Of a DNA stretch of 64,000 nt, positions 18,320-28,041 are shown piece after piece (positions within the stretch are counted from its first letter, which is position 1; each line of letters begins with the position of its first letter). The stretch is from assembly GCA_965218425.1 (NCBI GenBank), contig OZ244621.1, positions 1,024,001 through 1,088,000 on the forward strand. The letters run 5' to 3'. This DNA comes from an uncultured Candidatus Binatia bacterium. GTDB taxonomy: Bacteria > Desulfobacterota > Binatia > UBA9968 > CAXXLF01. The position numbers were made by a program, and so were the translations under genes. The notes beneath the pieces were generated by a model. That model was not told where the DNA came from. It was given only the letters and a program-made list of their open reading frames with translations, and did no database searches.

Positions 18320-19519
18320 TCATTTGCGCGTATTCTCCGGTGAAATCAAAATTCCCCAGGTCAAAAGACCGAGAGCAATGGATCCAATGCCGCCAATGAT
18401 ATAAGGCCAACTGGGTCCCACATGATCGAGAAGCCAGCCCGTTCCTGTGTTCGAAGCAATACCCGCTATACCCATACCGGCCATGGAGAGAAGCGCCTGG
18501 GCGGTGGAGCGAAGCCGCTCAGGTGTCACAAGATCGAGATAGAGAGGAGCGCCCAACATTAGGCCCACAACCGTTACCCCATGAAGGGCTTGCACCGGAT
18601 AGAGCAGTGTAACGTCGTCAATGACTCCACAAAGAATCCAGCGAATTCCACCGGCAAGCACCCCAATGGCCAGCAGTCCCCTGGCCCCGAGTCGTTTGAA
18701 ACCACTGCCAGTGGACAAAACAAGCGGGACCTCCACCGCGAGCATCAAAATCCACATGCCGCGAATGGTATCGATGTCGCCACCGCGGGCCCGAATCAAA
18801 ACGGGAAACAGCCACATGGGGCCCTGCAGGAGGAAGTAGGCAAACATGGCGAATAGTAGAAAACGCACAAAGGCTCGGTTCCTGAAGAGTTCCCTCCAGT
18901 CACCGCGCGTGGCTCGGAGCGAGATGGCGCCTTCTCGAGGAAGCCATAAACTGATCAAGGCAGCCAGAAAAACCAGTGCCGCCGTTACAATGAACATGAT
19001 CCCCAGACCGGGTTCCGAAGCCCCGCCAGTTTCCGAGACCAATGCACGCCACTCCTGATACCGGTCCAGCACCCAGGGAAAGCTCGCCACCAGCAAAAAA
19101 AAACCGATGGTACCCCATACCCTGACAAACCCATAGGCATTGGGCCCGGCATCACGGAGCACGGCCAGGCTCACCGACATGGTAATAGGCAGGACGGCAG
19201 TGGTGAACACGGCCAGTACCGTTGCGGCCGCAAGTATGGCGAGAAATCCCTCTGCTGTACCAAGGACGAGGTACCCAACGACAGCTCCCAAACTCAGCAG
19301 TGTCAGGATTCGGGTCCGTGCGCCGGTCCTATCCGCCACCTGCCCCCAAAAAGGCTGAGCCACCAGACCCACCAGTGGCATCATGGCGAGCACCCACCCC
19401 AGCTGGATCCCCGAAAGACCGGCGTTTTCCCGCAAGTACAGGCCGTAGTAAGGGAAAAATATTCCCAGCGCTCCCATGTACATGAACCAGAATAGAGTTA
19501 GGGGAACGGATCGCCACAT
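18320..19519 (-). CDS. MFS transporter (MFS_1-like, HcaT/nucleoside permease-like)
   Basis: About 12 TM; WGQVADRTG and YG.VRVWGTIGF motifs. Confidence 0.85.
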   Translation of the reverse strand: MWRSVPLTLFWFMYMGALGIFFPYYGLYLRENAGLSGIQLGWVLAMMPLVGLVAQPFWGQVADRTGARTRILTLLSLGAVVGYLVLGTAEGFLAILAAATVLAVFTTAVLPITMSVSLAVLRDAGPNAYGFVRVWGTIGFFLLVASFPWVLDRYQEWRALVSETGGASEPGLGIMFIVTAALVFLAALISLWLPREGAISLRATRGDWRELFRNRAFVRFLLFAMFAYFLLQGPMWLFPVLIRARGGDIDTIRGMWILMLAVEVPLVLSTGSGFKRLGARGLLAIGVLAGGIRWILCGVIDDVTLLYPVQALHGVTVVGLMLGAPLYLDLVTPERLRSTAQALLSMAGMGIAGIASNTGTGWLLDHVGPSWPYIIGGIGSIALGLLTWGILISPENTRK

Positions 19520-19537
19520 AGGAGGGTTTATGAAATC

Positions 19538-20830
19538 CTATGCCGCTTTCTTCCTGGGGGGGCGCATGAGCAGACAGAGAATGGCTGAGATGGTTAAAGC
19601 CCCAATCAAAAGCATGAAAGGGAGAAAGTAGTTTCCCGTAATATCAAAGAGAAAGCCGAAAAAGGGAGGTCCCACGGCGGAAATGCTTTGGACCATGAGT
19701 AATCCCATACCACGAATGGACCCAAGGGAAATACGACCGAAATAACGGGCCCACAGCAGGTCGGGCAGAACCATTCCACCTGAGATACCAATGCCGTACA
19801 TGAAAAATCCTGCATAGAGAGGGAACAGGCTTACTGAGGTAATGACAATAAACAGCCCGGTTGCTTGAATTAAGAATTTCAAAAACAATGCAAAACGAAC
19901 TTCTACTCGCTCCGCAATAAAGCCCCAAATCAAGGGAAAAGCGAGCTGGGTGAAAGCCAGAGTACTCAAGACCGAGGCGGCAACCATCTCTGAGCCGCTG
20001 GTATCACTAACGTAGGCAAAGAGATGAAGGTTTAAGCCGGCCGCCCCTATATTGGCAAAGACCAGGCAAGTCGTAATCAACCAAAAGGTCCTGGTGCGAA
20101 TCGCCTCACCCCGACTCCAAACCACTTCTTCCGCAAGGCTCTGATGATGACGGGACGTTGTTTGGCTCCTTTCCCCGGCGCAGGACAGGTCGCTCGCGGG
20201 ACTCGGTTCCCCATCCGGACGAAGGCCCATATCTTCTGGACGACGCCGCATCCAAACTGCGGCAGGACCAACCACCAACACCAGGGTGAGAATACCGAAT
20301 GCACCCCAAGCCATGCGCCATCCAAACCATGCAATCAGCGTAGCGGTGAGAACAGGCATACCAATCTTGGCAAAACCAACACCCATGCTGGAAAAGGCAA
20401 TGGCGCGACCACGCTTCTTGACAAACCAGCGTGAGATGGCCACGTTCACCACCAGGTAAGCCATAAAGGCATCTCCAATATGGAGTGCCCAGCGCACGCT
20501 CAGGAATTGCCAAAACGCGTCCACCTGGCTGAGCATAAAAAATCCCATGCTCACCGCCAGGGCGCCGAATGTCATGGGCCAACGACCGCCATGGCGGTCC
20601 ACGGTTGTCCCCACTAGCGGTGACAGGCTCGCACTAATAAGACTCTCTCCGGAACGCAGAAGGGAAAACACCCCTCGGGACACACCCAGATCCTGAGTAA
20701 GTGGCTTCATAAAAATACCCAGAGTGCTGGAGAGAGAAAACACAGCCGCCGTATTGGCAAGGAAACCAACGCCGACAATATACCAGCCGTAATAAATCCT
20801 CGGCTTTACTCGTTGAACATCCTCACTCAT
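19538..20830 (-). CDS. MFS transporter (OFA-like)
   Basis: YYGWYIV, DRHGGR, SRWFVKKRGRA, YFGR..LGSIRG motifs. Confidence 0.88.
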   Translation of the reverse strand: MSEDVQRVKPRIYYGWYIVGVGFLANTAAVFSLSSTLGIFMKPLTQDLGVSRGVFSLLRSGESLISASLSPLVGTTVDRHGGRWPMTFGALAVSMGFFMLSQVDAFWQFLSVRWALHIGDAFMAYLVVNVAISRWFVKKRGRAIAFSSMGVGFAKIGMPVLTATLIAWFGWRMAWGAFGILTLVLVVGPAAVWMRRRPEDMGLRPDGEPSPASDLSCAGERSQTTSRHHQSLAEEVVWSRGEAIRTRTFWLITTCLVFANIGAAGLNLHLFAYVSDTSGSEMVAASVLSTLAFTQLAFPLIWGFIAERVEVRFALFLKFLIQATGLFIVITSVSLFPLYAGFFMYGIGISGGMVLPDLLWARYFGRISLGSIRGMGLLMVQSISAVGPPFFGFLFDITGNYFLPFMLLIGALTISAILCLLMRPPRKKAA

Positions 20831-21063
20831 TATTCCACATCCCGGGACTCCCTATCCTCTTTGATTTCCAGCGACGACAAGACTTCCCCCGCTCTGAATG
20901 TATTGGTCCTTTATGCGTCACGCCCCCAGCAAGGTCAAACCAATGGAACGAGTCCGGCAACAATCCGCAGGGCGAGTTACATCACTTGCCAGGCTAAAGA
21001 TTTTTTATCTTTTTGAAGAATCCGGCTTGAGGGAGAGATTCCCCAATGACCAAAGGGTCGAGG

Positions 21064-21490
21064 TCAGCGGCGTCGTTGCATGACCGAGGCCTCGTAACCG
21101 TGGGTGCTTAACCGCTCCGGCGGAAAGAGGCCCCAGGACTTCATCCATCCATGGGTTCGTTCAAATAGTTCCCGTGTGTAAGGCTTAAAACCAAGCGTTC
21201 GCCGGGACCGAAGGCCTGAATGTCCACCATTTTCCGCGGTTGGCTGAAGAGGCCATGTTGACCGCCCAATAACACGCCGAGCTCACGTGACAGTCCCCGC
21301 CATCTATGGACTCAAGAGCCCCTTGCTTTACCTCGGAGGGAAAAGATTCAGTGGACCGAACATTGCTAGACCAAGTCGCAATGGGCTTGACGATAAACTC
21401 CTAGTCCAATCCTTAATCCTTGAAATACCCTTTCTCCTCTGCCACCCATTCCTGAAGACGCCCGTGAGATCGAATTAGAAATTTACTCAT
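21064..21490 (-). pseudogene. Substrate-binding protein remnant with internal deletion
   Basis: Manual translation MSKFLIRSHGRLQEWVAEEKGYFKD*GLD*EF...SSACYWAVNMA, fused after frameshifts to C-terminal VDIQAFGPGERLV / KPYTRELFERTHGWM; AEEKGYF..GLD is typical of NMT1/TauA-like SBPs. Confidence 0.7.
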
Positions 21491-21614
21491 TCAACTTTCT
21501 CCGCATTGTCAATCTCAATCACGACCATCATAGCTTCAATCCAAAATAATAGACAACTCCAACCGGAGACGTGGGAGTGGCCGCCCAGTCGTGCGAATGA
21601 GGGAGAAAAATCAC

Positions 21615-22094
21615 TCAAAACTTCTTGCTCAGGTACGGGATAAACAGGTAGATAAGCCAGACAACCCCGAAGAAAAGCATATGGTTCCAAAACGGTAACC
21701 CATAGGATGTGTTGAGCCCTGGAAGATTAGCGGGAAACCCTTTCCCGCTCAGCACACTAATGGTCGCCGTAACGGCAGGCACCGTAATGAGAGTTGTGCC
21801 CCAACCGAGCGCTGCTCCCATCACCAACCCTAGAACAAGTTGAAATCGCTCGGCTAGCACGAACAGGGGGAGCATGATAACGGCAAATAGAAAGGAATAC
21901 GCAAGACTCACTACTAAATGAATTCCCCAACCGATGGGAATAGACCATGACTGAGCGTAGCCCCCCTGGGTTACAATCTGCTGTCCCATGAATGCTGTAA
22001 TCGTCAAAGGACCGACAGCGGACTGAAGTAACCAAAACACGATGGCGCCGGCAATGCCTGCCACTAACCAGAGTCCTATGCTAACACCCCTCAC
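21615..22094 (-). CDS. Hypothetical membrane protein (~4 TM)
   Basis: 159-aa hydrophobic ORF with intramembrane His in GWGIHLVVS and WNHMLFFG; GGGAG RBS. Confidence 0.65.
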   Translation of the reverse strand: MRGVSIGLWLVAGIAGAIVFWLLQSAVGPLTITAFMGQQIVTQGGYAQSWSIPIGWGIHLVVSLAYSFLFAVIMLPLFVLAERFQLVLGLVMGAALGWGTTLITVPAVTATISVLSGKGFPANLPGLNTSYGLPFWNHMLFFGVVWLIYLFIPYLSKKF

Positions 22095-22330
22095 AGGTTG
22101 TCTCCCGCTGCATAATGTTATTGGACAGATACGCAGCCGTCAAGCGGTTGACGACTCTCCTTCAGCCGGGAAAATAAAGTCTGCAAATTCTCCATCCCCG
22201 TTACCTTAGGCTTCGGGCACTTTCTTCGCTCCACGGGACTCCCCGAGCGACCCACCGGGCCTGCGCTCGCACGAACCTTCCGGATCTCAGATTAGCCGTG
22301 GGGGGACTCCGGCTTTCATGCGGCGCCGAC

Positions 22331-22549
22331 CTCGGTGGGTTGCCCGCTGCTCCGTCCATGTTCCGCTCAGCAAGCCCCCTCGGTCCACGTCCGATACAAA
22401 AGTAGCTGGCGTGCCTGAGCGGAAGTTTGGTCGTGAGGGATTGAAAGCCTCTGCGAAGCTGAGGATAAGCAGCATCGACTGTTTGAGCGCAGCGAGTTTC
22501 GAGGCTTCCCGACGAGTGACCACTGAAGCGAAGAGAGGCCAGCTACTGT
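22331..22549 (+). repeat. Structured repeat module B, copy 2
   Basis: Homologous to 7519-7757; perfect helices TTCCGCTCAG/CTGAGCGGAA and AGTAGCTGGC/GCCAGCTACT. Confidence 0.8.
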
Positions 22550-22607
22550 AAAAGCACGATCAATGCCTTGCCAGGATTGAGGTTCTTAGCTCAAAGAACC
22601 ATTCTTT

Positions 22608-23483
22608 TCAAATAAGAGCCGTAGTTGACGAGGATGTGGAGAGGTAATCACTCAGGGCAGAACGCCAATGTCTCATGGGTGCGAGTCCTATCTCATCAGA
22701 CAACACACAGCGCATTGGTGTATAGCGTGGTCGAGGGGCCGGCCGCTTTGTTTCTGCCTCATCAATCAATTCAACCAGCTGCTCGAGCCGTGCATCCGTT
22801 AAACCCAGCAAACGCCCTGCCTCCAGGGCAAACTCGGAATAGGAACAGATCCCCTCGTTTACCAGGTGATAGGTGCCGTACCGCTTTTTTTCCAGTATCC
22901 CGTCGATTCGTGCCACCAGATCCGCCACATAGGTGGTATTCGCCCAGTTATCCGCCACTGCACGGACCGGTCGCCCGGCCAAGAGCTCGCCATTCACGGT
23001 GCTGAGAAAAGCCTTCTTGCCCCTCCCGTAAACCCATGAGGTGCGGATGACAAAGGTTCGAGGAGAGGCCTCCCGAACGGCGGACTCGCCCGCAAGTTTG
23101 ACCTTTCCATAGACGTTGATGGGGCACGGTTCATCTCGGACCGTGTAGGGTGATCGCCCTTCCACATGGCCATCAAATACGTAATTGGTGCTGAAATGAA
23201 TGAACTCAGCGCCGATGTGCGCCGCCGCCTGGGCCAAGCTACAAGGCCCATCAACATGGATAGCCTGGGCCAGCGCCGGATTGCGCTCACAATCGTCCAC
23301 TTCAATGGTGGCGCAATTAATGATTAACCCCGGCCGAGTATCCAGCAGGTTGGAGGTAACGGCTTGGGCATCAGTAATGTCGAGGTCAGAGTGCTTGAGG
23401 GGCAGTACTTCGTGTTTGCGGTTAAACCATTGAGCGAGGTGAGAGCCAATGAGTCCACCAGCACCTGTAATCGCAATTTTCAT
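22608..23483 (-). CDS. rfbD: dTDP-4-dehydrorhamnose reductase family SDR
   Basis: ITGAGGLIG, HFSTNYVFDG, PINVYGKVK (YxxxK), IRTSWVYG, PAPRP motifs. Confidence 0.85.
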   Translation of the reverse strand: MKIAITGAGGLIGSHLAQWFNRKHEVLPLKHSDLDITDAQAVTSNLLDTRPGLIINCATIEVDDCERNPALAQAIHVDGPCSLAQAAAHIGAEFIHFSTNYVFDGHVEGRSPYTVRDEPCPINVYGKVKLAGESAVREASPRTFVIRTSWVYGRGKKAFLSTVNGELLAGRPVRAVADNWANTTYVADLVARIDGILEKKRYGTYHLVNEGICSYSEFALEAGRLLGLTDARLEQLVELIDEAETKRPAPRPRYTPMRCVLSDEIGLAPMRHWRSALSDYLSTSSSTTALI

Positions 23484-23524
23484 GGCGTGCTCCCACCGCG
23501 AAATAGGTTCTTACCGAAAACTCT

Positions 23525-23720
23525 TAACCGCAGATTTTCGCCGATTATCGCAAGTGTTGAGTGTTAAGTTCTCAGTGTTAAGACAAGAGAAAAATTCAGC
23601 ATCTATCGTTTCCCTCTGAGGCTTTACACTTAGCACTCAACACTTAACACATTTCCGGACACTCAGTCCTCAGTGCTCGTTACCCAGTACTGAGTCCGCT
23701 TTGTGTCTTCGCGGGACTCG
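23525..23720. repeat. Composite nonamer/heptamer palindromic repeat
   Basis: AACCGCAGATTTTCGCCGATTATCGCA; GTGTTGA-GTGTTAA-GTTCTCA-GTGTTAA with inverted ACTTAGC-ACTCAAC-ACTTAAC; ACTCAGT-CCTCAGT...CAGTACTGAGT. Confidence 0.7.
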
Positions 23721-23754
23721 TTCCCTCTGAGCCGATCATGGATCACCCTCATTT

Positions 23755-24399
23755 TCATTCCGCGTCCGGCTGATTCTCTGGTGCGGCCTTGGCAAAAGCC
23801 GGCAACTGAACACAGTTGGCCTCAATCTGAACCAAGCCAGGGCATTCAGAAAGATCACAACTGAAGCGCCGGGCGTTGGCAAGCTGCGGGACGAGGCAGA
23901 CATCCGCCAGGGAGACCCTATCCCCAAAGCAGAACTTTCCACGCTTCGGTACGGAAACCACTTGCTCCTCAAGGGCCAGCAAACCAAGATGTATCCAGTG
24001 CCGTGCCCAGCGGTTTACTTCCTCTTCACCCTGATTGAACTCACTCCGTAAATGTCTCAGCACTCTAAGATTCTGCAGAGGATGGATCTCGCAAGCGATG
24101 GCGAGGGTCATGGCGCGCACGATGGCCCTGTTTGCAGGATCGGCAGGTAGCAATGACGGATTGGGAAATCGTTCTTCAAGATATTCGATGATGGCCAGGG
24201 ACTGGGTCAGATAATGACCGCCTTCTTCCAGAGTTGGAACAAGCCCATGGGGATTGACTGCCTTGTATTCAGGAGTCAATTGCTCCCCACCCCCACGGCG
24301 CAGGTGGATCGGCACCTGTTCGTAATCCAATCCCTTGTGGTTGAGGGCAATGCGCACGCGATAGGAGGCGGAACTACGAAAAAAAGTATAAAGCTTCAT
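23755..24399 (-). CDS. maiA: Maleylacetoacetate/maleylpyruvate isomerase (GST zeta)
   Basis: FFRSSASYRVRIAL, QSLAIIEYL, CEIHPLQNLRVL, PENQPDA. Confidence 0.93.
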   Translation of the reverse strand: MKLYTFFRSSASYRVRIALNHKGLDYEQVPIHLRRGGGEQLTPEYKAVNPHGLVPTLEEGGHYLTQSLAIIEYLEERFPNPSLLPADPANRAIVRAMTLAIACEIHPLQNLRVLRHLRSEFNQGEEEVNRWARHWIHLGLLALEEQVVSVPKRGKFCFGDRVSLADVCLVPQLANARRFSCDLSECPGLVQIEANCVQLPAFAKAAPENQPDAE

Positions 24400-24409
24400 A
24401 TTCGAACCT

Positions 24410-25198
24410 CTAGGTCACCTGACTTACGTTTCCTGGTTTTCCCGTGGAACCTGGTATCGGCACTCGCTTCACTTCGACACTTCCATTACCCCGGAATTGA
24501 ACCAGGTTGACCGAGCGGGCATATTCCGGGGAACCTGAATAGTAAGCGTTAACCTGCGAATCCCCAACTCGCGTCGCTCGATTCCAATGCCCGAGGGCTA
24601 CATAGTCAGCGCCAGTGGCCTTGAGATCCTCATTGCGGATGAGCCATGAACCGAGAAAGCGTCCCGGCTCATGCGGTTCTTCCACGTAGTGCCCGTGGGC
24701 GGCTACCAACTGCCAGGGTGTCGACCGGGAACGCGGCCCGCTGAGAGGCGGCATATCTTTGTAGTCCAGGTGTGCTCTGCCCCAGACCTCCAGCCCTAGC
24801 TCAGGAAATACTGCACTATCTTCAGTGGTGAGACCGAGCACACATAAGTTGGGAGTTGCCGGCATCTCGGCACGCCGATAGACCGAGTCAGGTGATAGGG
24901 GATCATGGTTACCTGGTAATATGACGATTGGGGCGCCAAACTCGCCCATCATTTTGGTGGTGTCATCAATGAGCCGAGGGGATTGCCTGTTGTGATCGAA
25001 CGTGTCCCCGGCCAAAATTACAAGGGCCGCTCCTTCCGACTTGGCAACGGTCAAGACTTCACGAAGCTTCGCCAAGGAGTTGAATGGCTCCAAAGAATCC
25101 CCAATGGAGTCGGAACCCAGATGCAAGTCGGAGCTGTGAACAATGGTTACATTGGACCTTGCAGGATACTTAACTGATGAATAGTCGTTGTCAGGCAT
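24410..25198 (-). CDS. Calcineurin-like metallophosphoesterase (SbcD/Mre11-like nuclease domain)
   Basis: SDLHLG, AGDTFD, PGNHDP, AHG, YVALGHW, YSGSP motifs. Confidence 0.85.
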   Translation of the reverse strand: MPDNDYSSVKYPARSNVTIVHSSDLHLGSDSIGDSLEPFNSLAKLREVLTVAKSEGAALVILAGDTFDHNRQSPRLIDDTTKMMGEFGAPIVILPGNHDPLSPDSVYRRAEMPATPNLCVLGLTTEDSAVFPELGLEVWGRAHLDYKDMPPLSGPRSRSTPWQLVAAHGHYVEEPHEPGRFLGSWLIRNEDLKATGADYVALGHWNRATRVGDSQVNAYYSGSPEYARSVNLVQFRGNGSVEVKRVPIPGSTGKPGNVSQVT

Positions 25199-25249
25199 CG
25201 GAATACATTTTCGATCTTAGATTGCTGATTTTAGATTCCTACTGAAAAC

Positions 25250-25340
25250 TTAACCGCAGATTTTCACAGATTCCCCTCTCTCCCCACTCAGTCCTCGTTA
25301 CTCAGTACTGAGTCCACTTTGCGCCATTGCGCGAGTCATC
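25250..25340. repeat. Short copy of the nonamer/heptamer repeat
   Basis: TAACCGCAGATTTTCACAGATT...ACTCAGTCCTCGTTACTCAGTACTGAGTCC.CTTTG, matching 23525-23720. Confidence 0.65.
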
Positions 25341-25358
25341 TTTTTCCCAATCCAAAAT

Positions 25359-25913
25359 CTACTTATTCAAATGCGTATTCTGCCCGGGTACAGGGTTGGC
25401 AATGGCTTCCTCCAGAGAACCGATTCCATGCCATTGATTGGAAGGCCGTACCCGATCATCGCTTCCCACCTGGTCCAGACCCCAATAGATCTCCAGACGG
25501 TGGTTGTCGGGGTCGCGAAATTCCACCGCGATCTGACATCCCGCCCGGCGTCGACCTTCGAAATCGATGGTGACGTTACTGGCGTGCAGGCGGTCACGGG
25601 CTCGCAGGACTTCCTCCAAAGTTGAGACCTCGAAGGCCACATGGTGCAACTCTATATTTTCTGCCTGGTCTTTTCCTGCTCCCACCAGGGCAAGGCTGTG
25701 GTGATCCGTATTACAACGGAGAAATATCATGCCTCCAGGCATCATTTCTTGAGGATAGACGTCAGAGACCTTGAAGCCAAGGATTTGAGTATAGAAGTCT
25801 AAAGACCTCTCAAGGTTGCTCACCTGTAAGACTACGTGCCCTAGTCTACTGATCCTAAAAGGCATTCCCTTTGGCGGGTGGTACTGTTTTAACTTTTCGA
25901 CATTTATCGCCAT
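25359..25913 (-). CDS. VOC family protein (extradiol dioxygenase-like domain)
   Basis: LGHVVLQV, FLRCNTDHH, LHHVAFEV, FRDPDNHRLEIY; AAGGAG RBS supports start at 25913. Confidence 0.88.
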   Translation of the reverse strand: MAINVEKLKQYHPPKGMPFRISRLGHVVLQVSNLERSLDFYTQILGFKVSDVYPQEMMPGGMIFLRCNTDHHSLALVGAGKDQAENIELHHVAFEVSTLEEVLRARDRLHASNVTIDFEGRRRAGCQIAVEFRDPDNHRLEIYWGLDQVGSDDRVRPSNQWHGIGSLEEAIANPVPGQNTHLNK

Positions 25914-25973
25914 GGGTTTCTCCTTTGTCTTAAGGCGTATCAAGAAAGAAGAACTGTAAATACTTGACTGGCT

Positions 25974-28016
25974 TCAAAACAGGCCGAAGAACCATTGGGT
26001 AAGTGCGGGCTCGGGCCAGAGAACAGCCATGAAATAGCTCATGAACCCATAGGTCCACACTGCGATGATGCTCCCGGTTATGGCAGCGGTGAACCAACGC
26101 CCCGGCCCCGTCAAGAATAACACCGGCACCAACACAGCGAATGCAATTGCAGCATTGTCTAACCGGACGGTCACCGTCAAAAAGAGAAATAAAGCGCTCA
26201 GCTCCGCTAGCATTAGCCCGGAGCGGGTCGCCCCTTCCACGCCACTACTGCGCATGCCGAGGTCCATGATTTGACCAGGGGGGGCTTTCATGATGAACCA
26301 TTGCCTGAATAGCTCAACAGCCGAGAGTGCCATGAATCCTAAAGTAAACGACAAAGCCATGATGCGCGCTTTGAACGGATACCCTAGAGTCACCCAGACA
26401 CTGACGGCGCCGCCCATTATTAACAGGATCGGGATCAGGTTCTCTGCTCGCCAGGTCAGACCCTGCCATGCCTTCCGAACAGCGTCCCCTTCTGCTGACT
26501 CACCCTGCATCTTGACCTCCTCCTCTGCAACGGCGCTCTTCTCCGCGCGAACCATGAAATGAGTGAACAAGAACGCGGTTGCGATCACCAATATAAGCAG
26601 GATCACCGTCAGGGGACGGGTCAATACACCTACAACACCGTACAGTGAGAGGGCCGTCTGCATGTTCACGTCAATGATGCGCCCCAGAATAAACCCCAGG
26701 ATAAGGGGTGGCCTGGGCCACCCGAACCGTTTCATCAGCAGACCAACAATGGAGAAAATCACCAGGATGGGAACGGCAAACCAGCTGCGCATGTCCAGGA
26801 ACGCTGCCAGAATTACCAGGGGAATGATGACGGCAGAAATAGCAGGATAGGGAAGGGCCGTGAGCCTGATCAGTGGCGCGGAAGCAACCAAACCGATCAT
26901 GGTGACCAGTAGGTTGCCAATCGCAAGGGTAAGCACGATGATCATGGTGAGGTGCGCGTGCTGGCCCAGCATGGGAGGGCCAGGGCTCACGCCGTACATC
27001 AACATGGCGGCAAGGATCATCACCCAGCCGGTCCCGCCAGGAATTCCCAGTGCGAGGGTCGGTAGCGCCTGCCCGCCTTCTTTCGAATTCTGGGCCGACT
27101 CCGCGAACAACACGCCGTCCAAGGAGCCTTTGCCAAACTCCCTGCGGTCCTTGCGCCACAGGATGCCAAACGCGTAGCTGAGCCAGTCGATGACACCGCT
27201 TCCGACTCCCGGGATGGCCCCCAGGAAAACGCCGAATATCGATTGCCGGACGGTCTCTTTCCAGTGCCTCAGACCATATATGGCACCCTTCAGCATTTCG
27301 GACTGAGAGAGCTTCGCTCCTCCTGGGGCCACGGGACTGCGTGTCATGGTGAGATCGAACAATTCGGGGATGGCGAAAATGCCGGTGACCACTGCAACCA
27401 GTGGAAGCCCCTCCCAAAGCTCGATCTGCCCGAAGGTGAACCGACGGGTGCCGGTGAACGGATCCACACCTGTGGTGGAAATTAAGAGTCCCAGGAAAGC
27501 AGCCGCAATTCCTTTGATCATGGCGCCCCGGCTCAGGACGGCGACCATGGCCACGCCGAACATGGCAATGACGGCAATCTCGCTCCGATCGATACTCAAG
27601 ATAAAGGGCTTAATAATGGGGATTGCTATGGCCAAGGCCAGTGCACCAACCACCCCACCTATGGCGGAGACGCTGTAAACCGCCCCCAGGCAATAGGCAG
27701 CCTGGCCGCGCCTGGCAAGCTGGTGACCCTCGAGGAAGGTGACCTGGGTGGCACCGCTCGGCACCCCAACCACCACAGCGGGAATGGAGTCCAAGGTGTT
27801 GTTGGTGCCAGCAATGGCCGAAAGCATGACAAGGGCCACTGCCGGGTCTTGTATATTAAAAACGATGAAGGGCAGAAGGATGGCCATGACCAGGAGTGAT
27901 CCCACTCCCGGCACAAGGCCAACAACGATGGAAAGGAACACGCCTGCCACCAGGGCCTGCCAGTAGGAAAGCGTTCCAAGGTATGAGCCAGCTTGCAGAA
28001 TGGCGTCCATTGGCAC
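25974..28016 (-). CDS. Tripartite tricarboxylate transporter permease TctA with C-terminal TctB-like extension
   Basis: GLVPGVG, T.LEGH.LARRG.A, AESAQNS, PTLALGIPG, PLILGFILG; extra ~180-aa hydrophobic C-terminal region. Confidence 0.85.
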   Translation of the reverse strand: MPMDAILQAGSYLGTLSYWQALVAGVFLSIVVGLVPGVGSLLVMAILLPFIVFNIQDPAVALVMLSAIAGTNNTLDSIPAVVVGVPSGATQVTFLEGHQLARRGQAAYCLGAVYSVSAIGGVVGALALAIAIPIIKPFILSIDRSEIAVIAMFGVAMVAVLSRGAMIKGIAAAFLGLLISTTGVDPFTGTRRFTFGQIELWEGLPLVAVVTGIFAIPELFDLTMTRSPVAPGGAKLSQSEMLKGAIYGLRHWKETVRQSIFGVFLGAIPGVGSGVIDWLSYAFGILWRKDRREFGKGSLDGVLFAESAQNSKEGGQALPTLALGIPGGTGWVMILAAMLMYGVSPGPPMLGQHAHLTMIIVLTLAIGNLLVTMIGLVASAPLIRLTALPYPAISAVIIPLVILAAFLDMRSWFAVPILVIFSIVGLLMKRFGWPRPPLILGFILGRIIDVNMQTALSLYGVVGVLTRPLTVILLILVIATAFLFTHFMVRAEKSAVAEEEVKMQGESAEGDAVRKAWQGLTWRAENLIPILLIMGGAVSVWVTLGYPFKARIMALSFTLGFMALSAVELFRQWFIMKAPPGQIMDLGMRSSGVEGATRSGLMLAELSALFLFLTVTVRLDNAAIAFAVLVPVLFLTGPGRWFTAAITGSIIAVWTYGFMSYFMAVLWPEPALTQWFFGLF

Positions 28017-28041
28017 CAGCCCGATTCAGGCGTGTAATTGT

